From positions 1,792,001 through 1,856,000 of the forward strand of contig CAXXLX010000001.1 of the NCBI GenBank assembly GCA_963665235.2: a DNA stretch of 64,000 nucleotides. The letters are read 5' to 3'. Positions 1 to 10,009 of this stretch are shown here, piece by piece (position 1 is the first letter of the stretch; every line of letters begins with the position of its first letter). The DNA comes from Candidatus Poribacteria bacterium (GTDB lineage: Bacteria; Poribacteria; WGA-4E; WGA-3G). Both the position numbers and the translations under genes were made by a program. The notes below the pieces were generated by a model, which had not been told where the DNA came from, made no database searches, and was given only the letters and a program-made list of their open reading frames with translations.

Positions 1-279
1 CTGACTTCCGAAGTCGCCGAGGTTTGTTAAGTTAACGTAATCTTCTGCTCCATCAAATTCTAAGGCATCGCCTACCTGTCCAGTGACAATTTTTGGCTCG
101 CCAACGATTGTGCCGTCGTTGTTTCCCCAGACATCTTTGACTGTGTTATCTGTAATATCCTGTTCGTCAAATGTCCAATAACTTACGAGTCCATCGGTTA
201 CAATTGTCTGAGCAGTGGCGTTAAAAACGACCGGGGCAATAATCATCAGAAACGTAAGAAGATAGCGCAATTTTTTCAT
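1..279 (-). CDS. LamG-like jellyroll secreted protein (partial, runs off window start)
   Basis: Manual translation from ATG at 279: MKKLRYLLTFLMIIAPVVFNATAQTIVTDGLVSYWTFDEQDI...DVWGNNDG...GDALEFDG; paralogous to 554..1435. Confidence 0.85.
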   Translation of the reverse strand, partial: MKKLRYLLTFLMIIAPVVFNATAQTIVTDGLVSYWTFDEQDITDNTVKDVWGNNDGTIVGEPKIVTGQVGDALEFDGAEDYVNLTNLGDFGSQ

Positions 280-437
280 GAGTATACTCCTTGGAAATAC
301 GGTTTGTGTAAAATATTTTTAACGATTATACCATTTTTTACGGTGTTCTGCAATATATAATTTTGGCGGGGGAGGGGAATCGCGTGCACAGCACGCGATT
401 GAGGAGCGGAGGGAATGCATCCGTTCCAAGAATATTA

Positions 438-553
438 TACCATTTTTATTAATTATTCTATCATTACCGGTTGTTAGAAATGAAACGGAGAACGGAAGAC
501 ACAAACTGGAAGTTTATGCTACAAGAAAGAGACATTTTCAATTAGAAATGGTA
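438..553. mobile_element. MITE family A (TIR TACCATT/AATGGTA, 3-bp TTA target duplication), one REP-like unit
   Basis: TTA|TACCATTTTT...AGAAATGGTA|TTA; near-identical copies at 37218-37463 and 61240-62755. Confidence 0.85.
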
Positions 554-1435
554 TTATCTTGCCTTTAGTGCACCCCATACCGTGGATAACTTCTGGGTAG
601 GTTGAACAGCGAGACCGATTTTGGACCTGAAATTGCGAAGGACTTCCGCGTCACTGAGCGCACGATTGTAAACCCTTACTTCATCCATACTTCCCTGAAA
701 AAATTCTCGTGCCTTCCCATTATGGTTGACAGCCCCGAGGTAGATAGGCAGCGTATACGGCGTAACATCGTTACGATTAAGTCCGCGCCCTTTCCACCTT
801 CTGACCTGATTGCCATCTATATAGAGGACTGTTTCTCCCAACCTCGGTCCAGGTGTATCTGCAAACATCGAGCCTCTTACATAAACAATATGATGCCATT
901 TCCCATCTGAAATTGGGTGCCGAAATGCAGATGAGCTGCCGCCACCACATTCACCTTCTCCCCGATCAAGGAGTATGATATCCTTCCATTTAATAACTGG
1001 AGCCCCTCGCTCTATTTCACCGCGCGTAGCATTGATCAGAATCCCAGAACCCCGGTCCGAGTCACCTATGTCACACTCAGTAATCTTGTAAATTGCGGTC
1101 CAATATCCCTTATAGCTGGTTTTGAGCCAAACTTCAAAAGAATAGGGACCGAGTTGCTGGCTAAAATTGCCGAGATTTTCCAAAATCACATAATCCCCAA
1201 GACCACCAAGCTCGAGGGCTTCCCTTAGATAACCAACGGTTATTTCCGGATTGCCCTTAATCACAGCATCGTTTTCACCCCAAACATCTCTAGCGATTTT
1301 ATCGTCAATATCGTGTCGGTCGAAAGTCCAATAACTGACCAACCCATCGGTCACAATATCTCCAGCAGGTGCCTCGACAGGAAACAGAAAGATAACTACC
1401 GTGAACGTTAGGAAGTAGCCCAGCTTTTTCATCAC
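554..1435 (-). CDS. LamG-like jellyroll domain secreted protein
   Basis: Signal peptide; GLVSYWTFD, DGKWHHIV, LYIDG, GSMDEVRVYNRALS motifs; C-terminal LAVQPTQKLSTVWGALK. Confidence 0.9.
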   Translation of the reverse strand: MMKKLGYFLTFTVVIFLFPVEAPAGDIVTDGLVSYWTFDRHDIDDKIARDVWGENDAVIKGNPEITVGYLREALELGGLGDYVILENLGNFSQQLGPYSFEVWLKTSYKGYWTAIYKITECDIGDSDRGSGILINATRGEIERGAPVIKWKDIILLDRGEGECGGGSSSAFRHPISDGKWHHIVYVRGSMFADTPGPRLGETVLYIDGNQVRRWKGRGLNRNDVTPYTLPIYLGAVNHNGKAREFFQGSMDEVRVYNRALSDAEVLRNFRSKIGLAVQPTQKLSTVWGALKAR

Positions 1436-1621
1436 AAATTCTCCTTTTGTGCAGATGTGTTTACGGTATATGCAATTTTTATGCCAGCATCCGAGCCTAC
1501 GCCTTATACAGATTTGCTAGTTGCACAACCGATAATTTGCACGAAAAGGGACATTTTCTGTTTCGCGCTGCACGAAAAAGGACATTTTCTGTTTCAGACG
1601 ATGAACCGGATGTTCCTGAAT

Positions 1622-2422
1622 TTAACAAGCACCCAATTCTTTTAGAATGCGGTTGACTACCTGTTTCTGTTGTCCACGAACTGCGGGCTGTTCCAACTCG
1701 TAGACCTCATCCGAAATCATATCTCTATGGGATTCTATCGGTAGGCCACCGTGTGTACCGTTATCAATGTACCGGTTGAATACGGTAAAACGGGGATACG
1801 TCTCTGTCCAACGTCTTGCCCCGTGATAGAGTGCTTCCGTGAAGATGACACAATCGCCTGCATTGACAGGCACGTTGATTACTGTGGGGGGGCCGTCGTA
1901 AATTGAGAGCGTGTCGGGGGGTTCAAAGTTACGCTTGTGACTCCCGGGTAGGCAGACGAAACCGGTGTCTTGTGGCACGTCAACTAGTGAGGTGGCGGCG
2001 TTAAGAAATCCTGCATGGGGTTCGGATTCTTCGATGCCGTAGTCCTTGCCAGAAGCGTGGAAACCGATGTCATCGGAGGTCGTGTAGTTTTTAGTTAGGG
2101 CACAGTCGACGAGGCAAGGCGTGGCACGTGTGAGCGCGATGATGACGCGCATAATTTCTACGTTGAGCACTAACCGCTGGAAGACTTCATCGCCGTATTG
2201 CACATGATTAATCCAATGGGCAATAGTGGGCGAAGTGTTGCCACGCTTCGACGTAGAGGTTAGTGGCGAGGGTAATTCGGCTAGCGGCATGTCGTGCCAT
2301 CGGTTACCCAATTCAATCATCAGTTGGATATCTTCGGGTGGGACAACTTGGCGTAGGATAATGAAGCCGTGGTGGTCGAAAAACCATTTTTCTTCAGGTG
2401 TGAGCATGCTGATTCCTTTCAA
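1622..2422 (-). CDS. Phytanoyl-CoA dioxygenase (PhyH) family protein
   Basis: FDHHGFIILRQV, GFVCLPGSHK, AGDCVIFTEALYHG motifs. Confidence 0.85.
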   Translation of the reverse strand: MKGISMLTPEEKWFFDHHGFIILRQVVPPEDIQLMIELGNRWHDMPLAELPSPLTSTSKRGNTSPTIAHWINHVQYGDEVFQRLVLNVEIMRVIIALTRATPCLVDCALTKNYTTSDDIGFHASGKDYGIEESEPHAGFLNAATSLVDVPQDTGFVCLPGSHKRNFEPPDTLSIYDGPPTVINVPVNAGDCVIFTEALYHGARRWTETYPRFTVFNRYIDNGTHGGLPIESHRDMISDEVYELEQPAVRGQQKQVVNRILKELGAC

Positions 2423-3026
2423 GCCATGTGTTGAATTCTGCTATGGATGTAACCTTCTCTGTAAGAACTGCCCGATAGACTGCCATGCTGTTATAGACAT
2501 CTCCACGGTAATCGGGCCGTTGACAGATAGCATGTTTGATACGTAGAATTGCAAGGCGGTCTGCCTGCTGGAGTTGGCGGTGCAGGGTGTTAAATTCAGC
2601 GATATGTGTTCGGTAATCCGCTTCGCCATATCCCCACAAATCAATTTTCCACTCGCGTTCAGCATAATTGAGCCGAATTCCCCAGTAAAGCCCATGGTCA
2701 AACCCTGGGAAGTTCCGAATAAAGTGGTTTGAATACGACATCTTTGTTACCTGAAACTTCGTTGCGATTTTTTTGCCGATTTCACAGAAAAGTTCAACAT
2801 CCTGTTCATGCGGCAGTTCTAGGCTAATATCAAGGTCGGGCCATGTCATCGTATCCAACGTATAGCTGCCGATGACCTGAGTGGGACAGCGGAGTTTAAG
2901 CATCAGGAGCAAGCCATCTCTATAAAGGAGTTGGTTTGCTTCTTGCCGTAGCAAACGTGAATGGGCGACAATCTCTTTATCGTTCATAGATAATTCCTCT
3001 GAGTAGCGGCAAGTGTGTTGGTTCAC
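2394..3026 (-). CDS. Hypothetical protein, nucleotidyltransferase-like fold
   Basis: GSYxLDxxxxxDLDI motif plus a downstream KIDLW strand resembles Pol-beta-type NTases. Confidence 0.55.
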   Translation of the reverse strand: MNQHTCRYSEELSMNDKEIVAHSRLLRQEANQLLYRDGLLLMLKLRCPTQVIGSYTLDTMTWPDLDISLELPHEQDVELFCEIGKKIATKFQVTKMSYSNHFIRNFPGFDHGLYWGIRLNYAEREWKIDLWGYGEADYRTHIAEFNTLHRQLQQADRLAILRIKHAICQRPDYRGDVYNSMAVYRAVLTEKVTSIAEFNTWLERNQHAHT

Positions 3027-3754
3027 GCGAAATACGGTTCGGGGTTTCGCTCCACTTCTGTGAGTAGGGTGTCAATGTATGTCTTAATGTGAAACAGGCG
3101 GCAGTCTGAATCTCCCACCTTTCCTTGGTTCAAATTGCCGAGTGCATCCCAAAATGCACCGAGTTTCGGACGGTTTAAGCCGATAAATGTTGCGTTTGCA
3201 TCATCGAGGAGCTGTCTATTCCAATGAATCACCTCAACGAGATGAATATAGGTTGAAGTCTGATAATCTACACCGAGCATCAGAAGTTTGGCATCCGCTT
3301 TGTAGGCGCGGAACATCGGTGAGTGTGTGCCGTAGGTTTTTCCCCAAGGCGGGTAATCCCATGGGGATTGATACCCGTCCTGTCGAAGATGGTCAGCGAC
3401 AAACGTTTTGGCACCGCGTCCACGCGCAGCAACAGCATGTGAATAGTGGTCGGAACGATAGGTGCCGGGCATCTGCCGAAAAAATTCTGTCAACCACCCT
3501 ACGGTGGATGGTGTGTTATCAACATCCCAGGATGCCACGCGTTCTTCACGACTCGGTAAAAGGTTGAAAGTAGGCATCAAAATCAAACCGTTTTGTCCGA
3601 GGATTTCTTCCAGTGCAGCAATAACTGTGCCTGCCCCGCCATCAACGGGCCCCAAGCTTTTGAAGGACGAATGGATAAAGAGGGTGTCCGCTTTCCCAAC
3701 GCCGAGGTCGGTAAAATCTTGAATGAGTTTTTGACGTGTGGACGGTATTTTCAT
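3023..3754 (-). CDS. AAC(3)/YokD-family N-acetyltransferase
   Basis: LFIHSSFKSLG, LMPTF, RSDHYSHAVAARG, LLMLGV...TYIHLVE motifs. Confidence 0.88.
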   Translation of the reverse strand: MKIPSTRQKLIQDFTDLGVGKADTLFIHSSFKSLGPVDGGAGTVIAALEEILGQNGLILMPTFNLLPSREERVASWDVDNTPSTVGWLTEFFRQMPGTYRSDHYSHAVAARGRGAKTFVADHLRQDGYQSPWDYPPWGKTYGTHSPMFRAYKADAKLLMLGVDYQTSTYIHLVEVIHWNRQLLDDANATFIGLNRPKLGAFWDALGNLNQGKVGDSDCRLFHIKTYIDTLLTEVERNPEPYFA

Positions 3755-4921
3755 TTAAACCGCTCCATATTTTTGTAATAACCGAACTATTTCCGCGCTG
3801 TCTGTTCTTCGCAACTGCTGTGCAACCTGTAGCGGTGCTAATCCTTTCCTATTTTTAGTATTCGGGTTCGCCCCTTGAATGAGGAGTGTTTCTAGGGCGG
3901 TCCGCTGCTTTTCACGATTTTTTATTGTGGAGCGGATTGCCTCAAACAGCGCGGTTTCGCCATCATTACCGACAGCGTCAATCGCCGCCCCTTTTTTTAT
4001 AAGGAGGCTGATAACATTGATAAAACCTGCCTTTGCTGCATAATGCAGGGCAGTTTTCCCTTTGCTATTCCGAACGTCTATATCCGCACCGAGTTTGAGA
4101 AGTCGTTCAACTTCCTCTGGGTGTTCCCCCTTGTCGCCGCGGCATGCGTAAACGAGTGGGGGCCACCCCATACCGTTCCTGGCGTTTATATCTCTGGGCG
4201 GAACACCGTGTGCCTTGAGGAGTCGGCTCATTTCGGAATTGTCATCGTAGATGTGTGGGGCTTCGTCCGGATTCGCGCCGTTTTCAAATAACAACCTGAC
4301 AATGTCTACCCGCCCTTCCGAAACCGCGTGATCAAGTAGAAGTTCACTGTGCGGTTCAATTGTCGCCCCGCTCATGATAAGCAATGCAACAATATCTATA
4401 TTACCTCCGACGATGGCATAACAGAGCGGTGTTGCCCACTCCTCGTATCGATGCTCAACTGTTATCGGGCCGCCTGATGGTAACATTACAGATTGAAGGT
4501 ATCCGGTATTGACAAGACTCTCATCGCTATCAAGGCATGCGCGTGCTGTCTCGTAATCGCCGAGGTAGGCGGCAGTATGGATGTCAACCTTCGCGCCGTG
4601 TTCAAGCAGATATTCCGCCACCGCGTCACGTCCTTCGTGCCGTGCGACACAGTAGGGGGTTATCTCAAGCGCGTGCCTGCTGAGATGGCACCCGGGAAGG
4701 TGGACATCGGCACCCCGCGCCACTAAAAATTCAACGACAGGCAACTTTCCGCGATAGGCGGCTTCCCATAACATGGTTCTGCCGTGTGAGCCGATGGTGT
4801 GAATCCACTCTGGTTTGACATCTAGCAGGTATTGCACAACGTCAAGGTCGCCTCGGCCTGCTGCGGCGACAACGATTTTAAGGAAATCGCTCTGTTTTCC
4901 TGTGAGTTGGACGGTTGCCAT
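3755..4921 (-). CDS. Ankyrin repeat protein
   Basis: Repeated GxTALHxAAxxG motifs. Confidence 0.92.
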   Translation of the reverse strand: MATVQLTGKQSDFLKIVVAAAGRGDLDVVQYLLDVKPEWIHTIGSHGRTMLWEAAYRGKLPVVEFLVARGADVHLPGCHLSRHALEITPYCVARHEGRDAVAEYLLEHGAKVDIHTAAYLGDYETARACLDSDESLVNTGYLQSVMLPSGGPITVEHRYEEWATPLCYAIVGGNIDIVALLIMSGATIEPHSELLLDHAVSEGRVDIVRLLFENGANPDEAPHIYDDNSEMSRLLKAHGVPPRDINARNGMGWPPLVYACRGDKGEHPEEVERLLKLGADIDVRNSKGKTALHYAAKAGFINVISLLIKKGAAIDAVGNDGETALFEAIRSTIKNREKQRTALETLLIQGANPNTKNRKGLAPLQVAQQLRRTDSAEIVRLLQKYGAV

Positions 4922-4935
4922 TCATACCCCCTATC

Positions 4936-5670
4936 TCAATTGGTTTCTATGACACGCGGTCGTCCGCCGATGGAGGGTGGCAGCAACATCCGTTTCTGCT
5001 GTTCTGTCAACTCGCCGTATCTGCTGATGTCATAGTAATTCCCTGACCACGCTGAATGGCCCGGGCTATATTTGTATAACAGGGCGCGACGTTGGTTTGC
5101 AGCTTTCCACGGCATTGTGCCGTGCACAAGTGCTTCGGTGAAAAATAGCACATCTCCCGCTTCAAGGGCCGGTTGGACAACATAATGCACTGGACGTTGA
5201 AAGCTGCGAACGTCTGACGGGATTTCTTTCAGGAAATTGCTTTTATGGCTTCCCGGAATACATGCGAATCCGCCTGCACCTTCGGGTGCTGGTGCCAAGT
5301 TGTATGTCATTACGCACAAGCCGTTGCGCATGATGCCGTCCCGATACTTATACCAGTGGTCGCCTTCGGGACCGCCCGGTCTTCCGCCATCTTCGCCACC
5401 GTGTAAACGGCCCCGTCCATCGCCACTGTTCATGAATATAGGATAATCGTGGTCAAGGCGTACATTCGGTCCCAGCATCTCAACGAGATAGGGCAGGATT
5501 GTGGGATGGTCAATCAGCCGTTTAAACGGGTCACCCCAGAGACTCGGCGGGCCATTCATGTCCCCGTTGTCAATAAAGGCGTTCATTTCAGCCAATTCGG
5601 CCTCGGTTAGCACGTTCTTTATGATGAGATAGCCTTCTAGGTCTACTGTAAATTTTTCTTCACCTGTCAT
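4936..5670 (-). CDS. Phytanoyl-CoA dioxygenase (PhyH) family protein
   Basis: GYLIIKNVL, LHGG, IPGSHKSN, AGDVLFFTEALVHG motifs. Confidence 0.9.
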   Translation of the reverse strand: MTGEEKFTVDLEGYLIIKNVLTEAELAEMNAFIDNGDMNGPPSLWGDPFKRLIDHPTILPYLVEMLGPNVRLDHDYPIFMNSGDGRGRLHGGEDGGRPGGPEGDHWYKYRDGIMRNGLCVMTYNLAPAPEGAGGFACIPGSHKSNFLKEIPSDVRSFQRPVHYVVQPALEAGDVLFFTEALVHGTMPWKAANQRRALLYKYSPGHSAWSGNYYDISRYGELTEQQKRMLLPPSIGGRPRVIETN

Positions 5671-5696
5671 GAGAGAAATTCCTTCTGTTGTAATGT

Positions 5697-6434
5697 TTAC
5701 GGGTTTTTGTCAAGAACCGGTGGTCTTCTACCGATAGAAGGAGGCATAAGCAACCGTCTCTGCTGTTCTGTCAACTCACCGTATTTACTGATGTCGTAGT
5801 AATTTCCGGACCACGCGGAGTGTCCGGGGCTATATTTATAGAGTAGGGCACGCCGCTGATGTTCTGCCTGCCACGGCATCGTGCCGTGAATGAGGGCCTC
5901 GGTGAAAAATAGCACATCTCCCGCTTCAAGCGCAGGTTGGACGACATAATGTGCGGGCCTCTCAAAGTTTCGTACGTCCTGCGGGATTTCCGGTACAAAG
6001 TTGCTCTTATGGCTCGCTGGAATGCATGCGAACCCACCTGCACCTTCCGGTGCGTCTGTCAAATTATACGTCATCACAGAGAGTCCGTTACGTATGATAC
6101 CGTCACGGTATTTGTACCAATGATCGCCGACGTGTCCGCCGGGTCTGCCGCCATCCTCGCCGCCGTGTAATCTGCCCCGTTTTTCCCCTTGCTTCATAAA
6201 CAGCGAGTAATCGTGGTCTAGTCGGACATGGGGCCCTAGTAATTCAATGAGATAGGGCAAGATTTTGGGGTGGTCAATCAGCCGTTTAAACGGTTCACCC
6301 CAGAGACTCGGTGAGCCTTGAGTGTTACCTTCATCGATAAAGGCGTTCATTTCAGCCACTTCATCAGGGGTCAACACGTTCTTTATGATGAGATAGCCTT
6401 CAAGGTCTACCTGAAATTTTTCTTCGCCTGTCAT
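5697..6434 (-). CDS. Phytanoyl-CoA dioxygenase (PhyH) family protein, tandem paralog
   Basis: Highly similar to 4936..5670; start placed at MTGEEKF (ATG 6434) by comparison with the paralog. Confidence 0.9.
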   Translation of the reverse strand: MTGEEKFQVDLEGYLIIKNVLTPDEVAEMNAFIDEGNTQGSPSLWGEPFKRLIDHPKILPYLIELLGPHVRLDHDYSLFMKQGEKRGRLHGGEDGGRPGGHVGDHWYKYRDGIIRNGLSVMTYNLTDAPEGAGGFACIPASHKSNFVPEIPQDVRNFERPAHYVVQPALEAGDVLFFTEALIHGTMPWQAEHQRRALLYKYSPGHSAWSGNYYDISKYGELTEQQRRLLMPPSIGRRPPVLDKNP

Positions 6435-6608
6435 GTATGGAAACTCCTTTGGAGATGTGCGGTTTTTGCTCTTGTGAAAATGATAACATATTTGTTGAGG
6501 GGATGTCAAAGTCAAATGGGAATGGAAGGGTGGAAGAGTGGAAGGATGGATTTGGCGTGTGTGTTGACTATCTCGTCAACTTTTTTTTGGCGAAGGTATT
6601 GTTATTTA

Positions 6609-7097
6609 TCACTCATAACATTCCAGCACCCAAGATTCCAAAGCACCAAAAATTCTGTCCGCTTCCGTTTGGATATCTTGAAGTTTGTTATATGCGTTCC
6701 CCCGCGTCCGTGAAACGATGGTAATCTTCAGTTTCTGCTCGGCAATCCAGTTAAGCAATCTTTGTTGCACCAAGTTTTCTACGGCTTCGCGGTATGCCGG
6801 ACTATCAATTTGGAACATCCTCACCGGTGTAAATCGGACAGCTACAAACTCAACTTTCTCCAGCGGTACCTCTTCGTAGTGATAAAGATCGGAAAGACGT
6901 TGAAGGTAGGTATTGCCATACGTATCAGACAAGTGTTGGGTGAGCCTACCCAGGGGCCCTGCCTTTGCTCGTGTCTGTCCGACGTAAAGCGTTGCATGAT
7001 TTTCCAGAATTCCGTAAATCGTATACAAAAACTGGCTTTGTTTCGCGGTTGTAGCATCGAAAATTGTTGCCAGCACATGTTCCACAGCATCTCTCAT
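6609..7097 (-). CDS. Putative GIY-YIG-like nuclease
   Basis: FLYTIY...LYVGQT...GRLTQH...EAVE pattern; start overlaps the stop of the upstream ATPase. Confidence 0.6.
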   Translation of the reverse strand: MRDAVEHVLATIFDATTAKQSQFLYTIYGILENHATLYVGQTRAKAGPLGRLTQHLSDTYGNTYLQRLSDLYHYEEVPLEKVEFVAVRFTPVRMFQIDSPAYREAVENLVQQRLLNWIAEQKLKITIVSRTRGNAYNKLQDIQTEADRIFGALESWVLECYE

Positions 7098-8800
7098 ACG
7101 TCCGCCAAAAAGTCTGTTAGATTAAGCCTACGGATAATATCTAAAAGCGTTCCCCCAACCTGCTCTCGATACTCTGCCATAATTTCCTCAATTTCATCAT
7201 CATCGTGTTCTGATTTATAAACGAGGTCGTACTCACCTCTGGCAATTGCGAAGAAGAGAATGTCTATTATCTTCAGTAGATTACCGTTCTCCGAAACAGT
7301 CTCCAAAATGTTTCGGCAAAAACTGTGCGATCTATTGACTCGGACGATGAGTCCATGCGTTGGGTCGTGGGCTCTTTCCCACAGTTGGTTATTTTCTAGC
7401 GTATCAACATAGAGCACGCGATCTCCCGTTTTGTCAATCTGCTGTTTGTCTTCAGTAGTTATCGGTTTTGCACTAACGGCTTTTGTGCGGCGTTGTTTCA
7501 ACTGCTCTCTTTCGTCGGAAGGGGCAACTTCCTCATCCCGTTTCTGTTCATCGTCTTGAAGGCGTGAAATCCGATTTAATTCCTGATTTGCTGTATCGTG
7601 TTGGCTTTGTGTGGATGCCCCTACTGTAACGCGATGCGCGGTTTTCCAAGCAGTTCGGCTCTTTTTTACCGCATCCGGAATTACAGATTCAAGATGGTCT
7701 TGGGCAAGCTCCGAAAGATGGATACGACTTTTCGTGACATCAATGTTTAAAATGTCATCAGCATCGCTGTTGATTAGCAACCGACCACGAAAGGCGTATA
7801 AGTCTTGATCTTGCGGGACAAAACCGAGACTCTCTGCCCACGAAATCAAACGCCAATTCCGATAAATGTAAAAACCGTAATTCCCGGCTTCAATAAGATA
7901 ATGGGCGCGGCACTGATTTCGACTCATGAGGCCTTTCCGCTGTACGCTCGGTGGATGCGGAAGTTGTGTTATCTCAACTCGCGCAGATGTCATGCCAGTG
8001 GGGTCAAGTTGAATCGCTTGTGACTTTGTAATCCACTTTGGGTGAAGACCATTCCACCTATGCTCGTTTAAATCCGCGTTATCAGTGTCAATTTCATCTA
8101 CAAATAGTGGATCGATAGGGACAACATCATCATCGTCAATTGCCAACGAGAGGCATCCAGATCCTTCAGCGATGCCTTTCAAATAGTAATAATAGATGAC
8201 ACCCGCTTTACGTTTTAAGCCATCAACAATTTCAGGAGCACGGGGTAAAGAATCAGTCCGTAACTTAGTAATGCGGATTAACGTCCCAGATTTTCCTTGT
8301 GCACATACATCTAACGCTTTTAAATCTTCTGGTGTGGGAGGGATTAAGTCGTAAACATATTCCCCTGTTTCAACAATTGAATCTTGATCCAACACAACTT
8401 TGCGGACGTTATCTAAGTCATCTTCAGAACGGGATACGATTTCAAGTCGCTTCCCTAGTGATGCTGTAGCAGTCTTCAAGCCCATCCCAAATTTGGAAAG
8501 CGTGTTTTCAGGATATAGTTCAGATGAGGATCCTAAGGTAAGCGCGTTCGCTAGCCCCTTTTCATCCATACCGCAACCGTTATCTGTAATGACAAACGAT
8601 TTTAAAATTGCTTTTGGACGACCGCGTTGCTGTTTTTGTTGTTCTTGTCGTTCTTGATTAACTTTGATGGCAACATAAGTCGCGCCTGCAGATACTGAAT
8701 TGTCTACAAGGTCCAATAAGGCAGATACTGGAGCGTATCCTATGCGTCCTAAAGCTTGAAATACACGTACGGCATCCCAATTCCCATCTTTTCTGATCAT
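7094..8800 (-). CDS. GHKL/MORC-type ATPase (HATPase_c_3)
   Basis: DLVDNSVSAGA, ITDNGCGM, SKFGMGLKTA, SGTLIRI, GFYIYRNWRLI, LNIDVTKS motifs. Confidence 0.88.
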   Translation of the reverse strand: MIRKDGNWDAVRVFQALGRIGYAPVSALLDLVDNSVSAGATYVAIKVNQERQEQQKQQRGRPKAILKSFVITDNGCGMDEKGLANALTLGSSSELYPENTLSKFGMGLKTATASLGKRLEIVSRSEDDLDNVRKVVLDQDSIVETGEYVYDLIPPTPEDLKALDVCAQGKSGTLIRITKLRTDSLPRAPEIVDGLKRKAGVIYYYYLKGIAEGSGCLSLAIDDDDVVPIDPLFVDEIDTDNADLNEHRWNGLHPKWITKSQAIQLDPTGMTSARVEITQLPHPPSVQRKGLMSRNQCRAHYLIEAGNYGFYIYRNWRLISWAESLGFVPQDQDLYAFRGRLLINSDADDILNIDVTKSRIHLSELAQDHLESVIPDAVKKSRTAWKTAHRVTVGASTQSQHDTANQELNRISRLQDDEQKRDEEVAPSDEREQLKQRRTKAVSAKPITTEDKQQIDKTGDRVLYVDTLENNQLWERAHDPTHGLIVRVNRSHSFCRNILETVSENGNLLKIIDILFFAIARGEYDLVYKSEHDDDEIEEIMAEYREQVGGTLLDIIRRLNLTDFLADV

Positions 8801-8877
8801 CTTTCCCTCTTATTTTTGTAACACTGCTATACGAGTGGAAATTATTGAGTTCCCCACGAATGAAATTTTTCCCAGCA

Positions 8878-8999
8878 TCATTTATGACAAATTAGACAAG
8901 GCATCTCATCGTCCTCATCATCATGGACATCGGTGAGGATCTCTTGGGTTTCGCAGCTTTCTTAAATGCCATCGCCTTTTCGGCGTTTGCTTTAATCTG
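8878..8999 (-). pseudogene. Degenerate copy of the 3' end of the PAPS-reductase (sspD-like) gene
   Basis: Encodes QIKANAEKAMAFKKAAKP/(small deletion)/ILTDVHDDEDDEMPCLICHK*, matching the C-terminus of 23251..24087. Confidence 0.9.
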
Positions 9000-9067
9000 A
9001 CCTAATATGTGTCCTTTTCCACAGTCCGTTTTTTGGAGTCTTAATCGTTACTACACCCTAAAATTTA

Positions 9068-9096
9068 ATTATACTACACTTGTGCAAAAAAGTCAA
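9068..9096 (-). promoter_or_regulatory. sigma70-type promoter
   Basis: TTGACT-17 bp-TATAAT on the minus strand. Confidence 0.75.
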
Positions 9097-9563
9097 AAAA
9101 TATTTTTACAAGGGTGTGTAAAGTTTTTGTACTTATGTTACATCTTTTTTTTCAGAATCGCGGATTAGCGCAGAGGACACGGATTGCACGGATTATCTCT
9201 CTTGTCAGAATCGCGGATTAGCGCAGAGGACGCGGAGAACGCGGATTTTAAGATGCGTAACAAGCCAAGTTTAGTGATTATAAGCTGACTATCGTCTAAG
9301 TCCGAGGGTTTGTAACCATGACTCCAAACGGTGTGGGACCGCCTACAGGGTGTGTAAAGTTTTTGTACAATGTTATGCAGCTTTTGTGTACAGAGCGATG
9401 TTCGTAGCAGCACACTTCATTGCCCATCAGAGACCCGTTCGTAGTAGGGCAATTTATTGCCCGTTCTTCCGTTCAGTATTCGGGCAAACAGCCCGTTCTT
9501 CGTAGGGAAACCATTTATTGCCCGTTCAAAACTTTACAAATACAATAGAACGCCTTACCGTTA

Positions 9564-9993
9564 CTATAGTTTGGACAATATCTATGAACCTGATGCCCCA
9601 TTCGCAAAGCATTTCACATTTTCCTCACTGTTGCACACACATACAAAGCGGAGAAAATAGGCTCCAATGTGCCAAAGCGCAGCCCCAGCGGGACGATATG
9701 TTTATAGAAACACACAACGCCAACGCCATCAGCCCCGTAGGGGCGATATGTTTATAGAAACACACAACGCCTCACCTCTTAACCCCAGCGGGGCGATATG
9801 GTTATTGGGAAGACAATGCTGTCCGCCACAAGTCAAAAAAACACATACCCTTAATCACAAAACCTTGAGGCATACATATCTTAAAATCCGCGTTAATCCG
9901 CGATAATCCGCGATTTGCGGCGTATTCGCCCAAATGCGACGTGTATTCAGACAACACCGCGAATCCAAACTCACAAAATTGTCCAAAGTTTAG
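9564..9993. mobile_element. MITE family C (imperfect TIR CTATAGTTTGGACAAT / ATTGTCCAAAGTTTAG) with GCCCC-N3-GGGGC REP-like units
   Basis: Both ends shared with 51532-52227; no ORF of recognisable function. Confidence 0.7.
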
Positions 9994-10009
9994 TAATAGT
10001 ATCACACAT

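Noticed and set aside
3023-3754. Acquired aminoglycoside resistance gene
   Set aside because: Family-level motif match only; chromosomal metabolic context with no mobile signature
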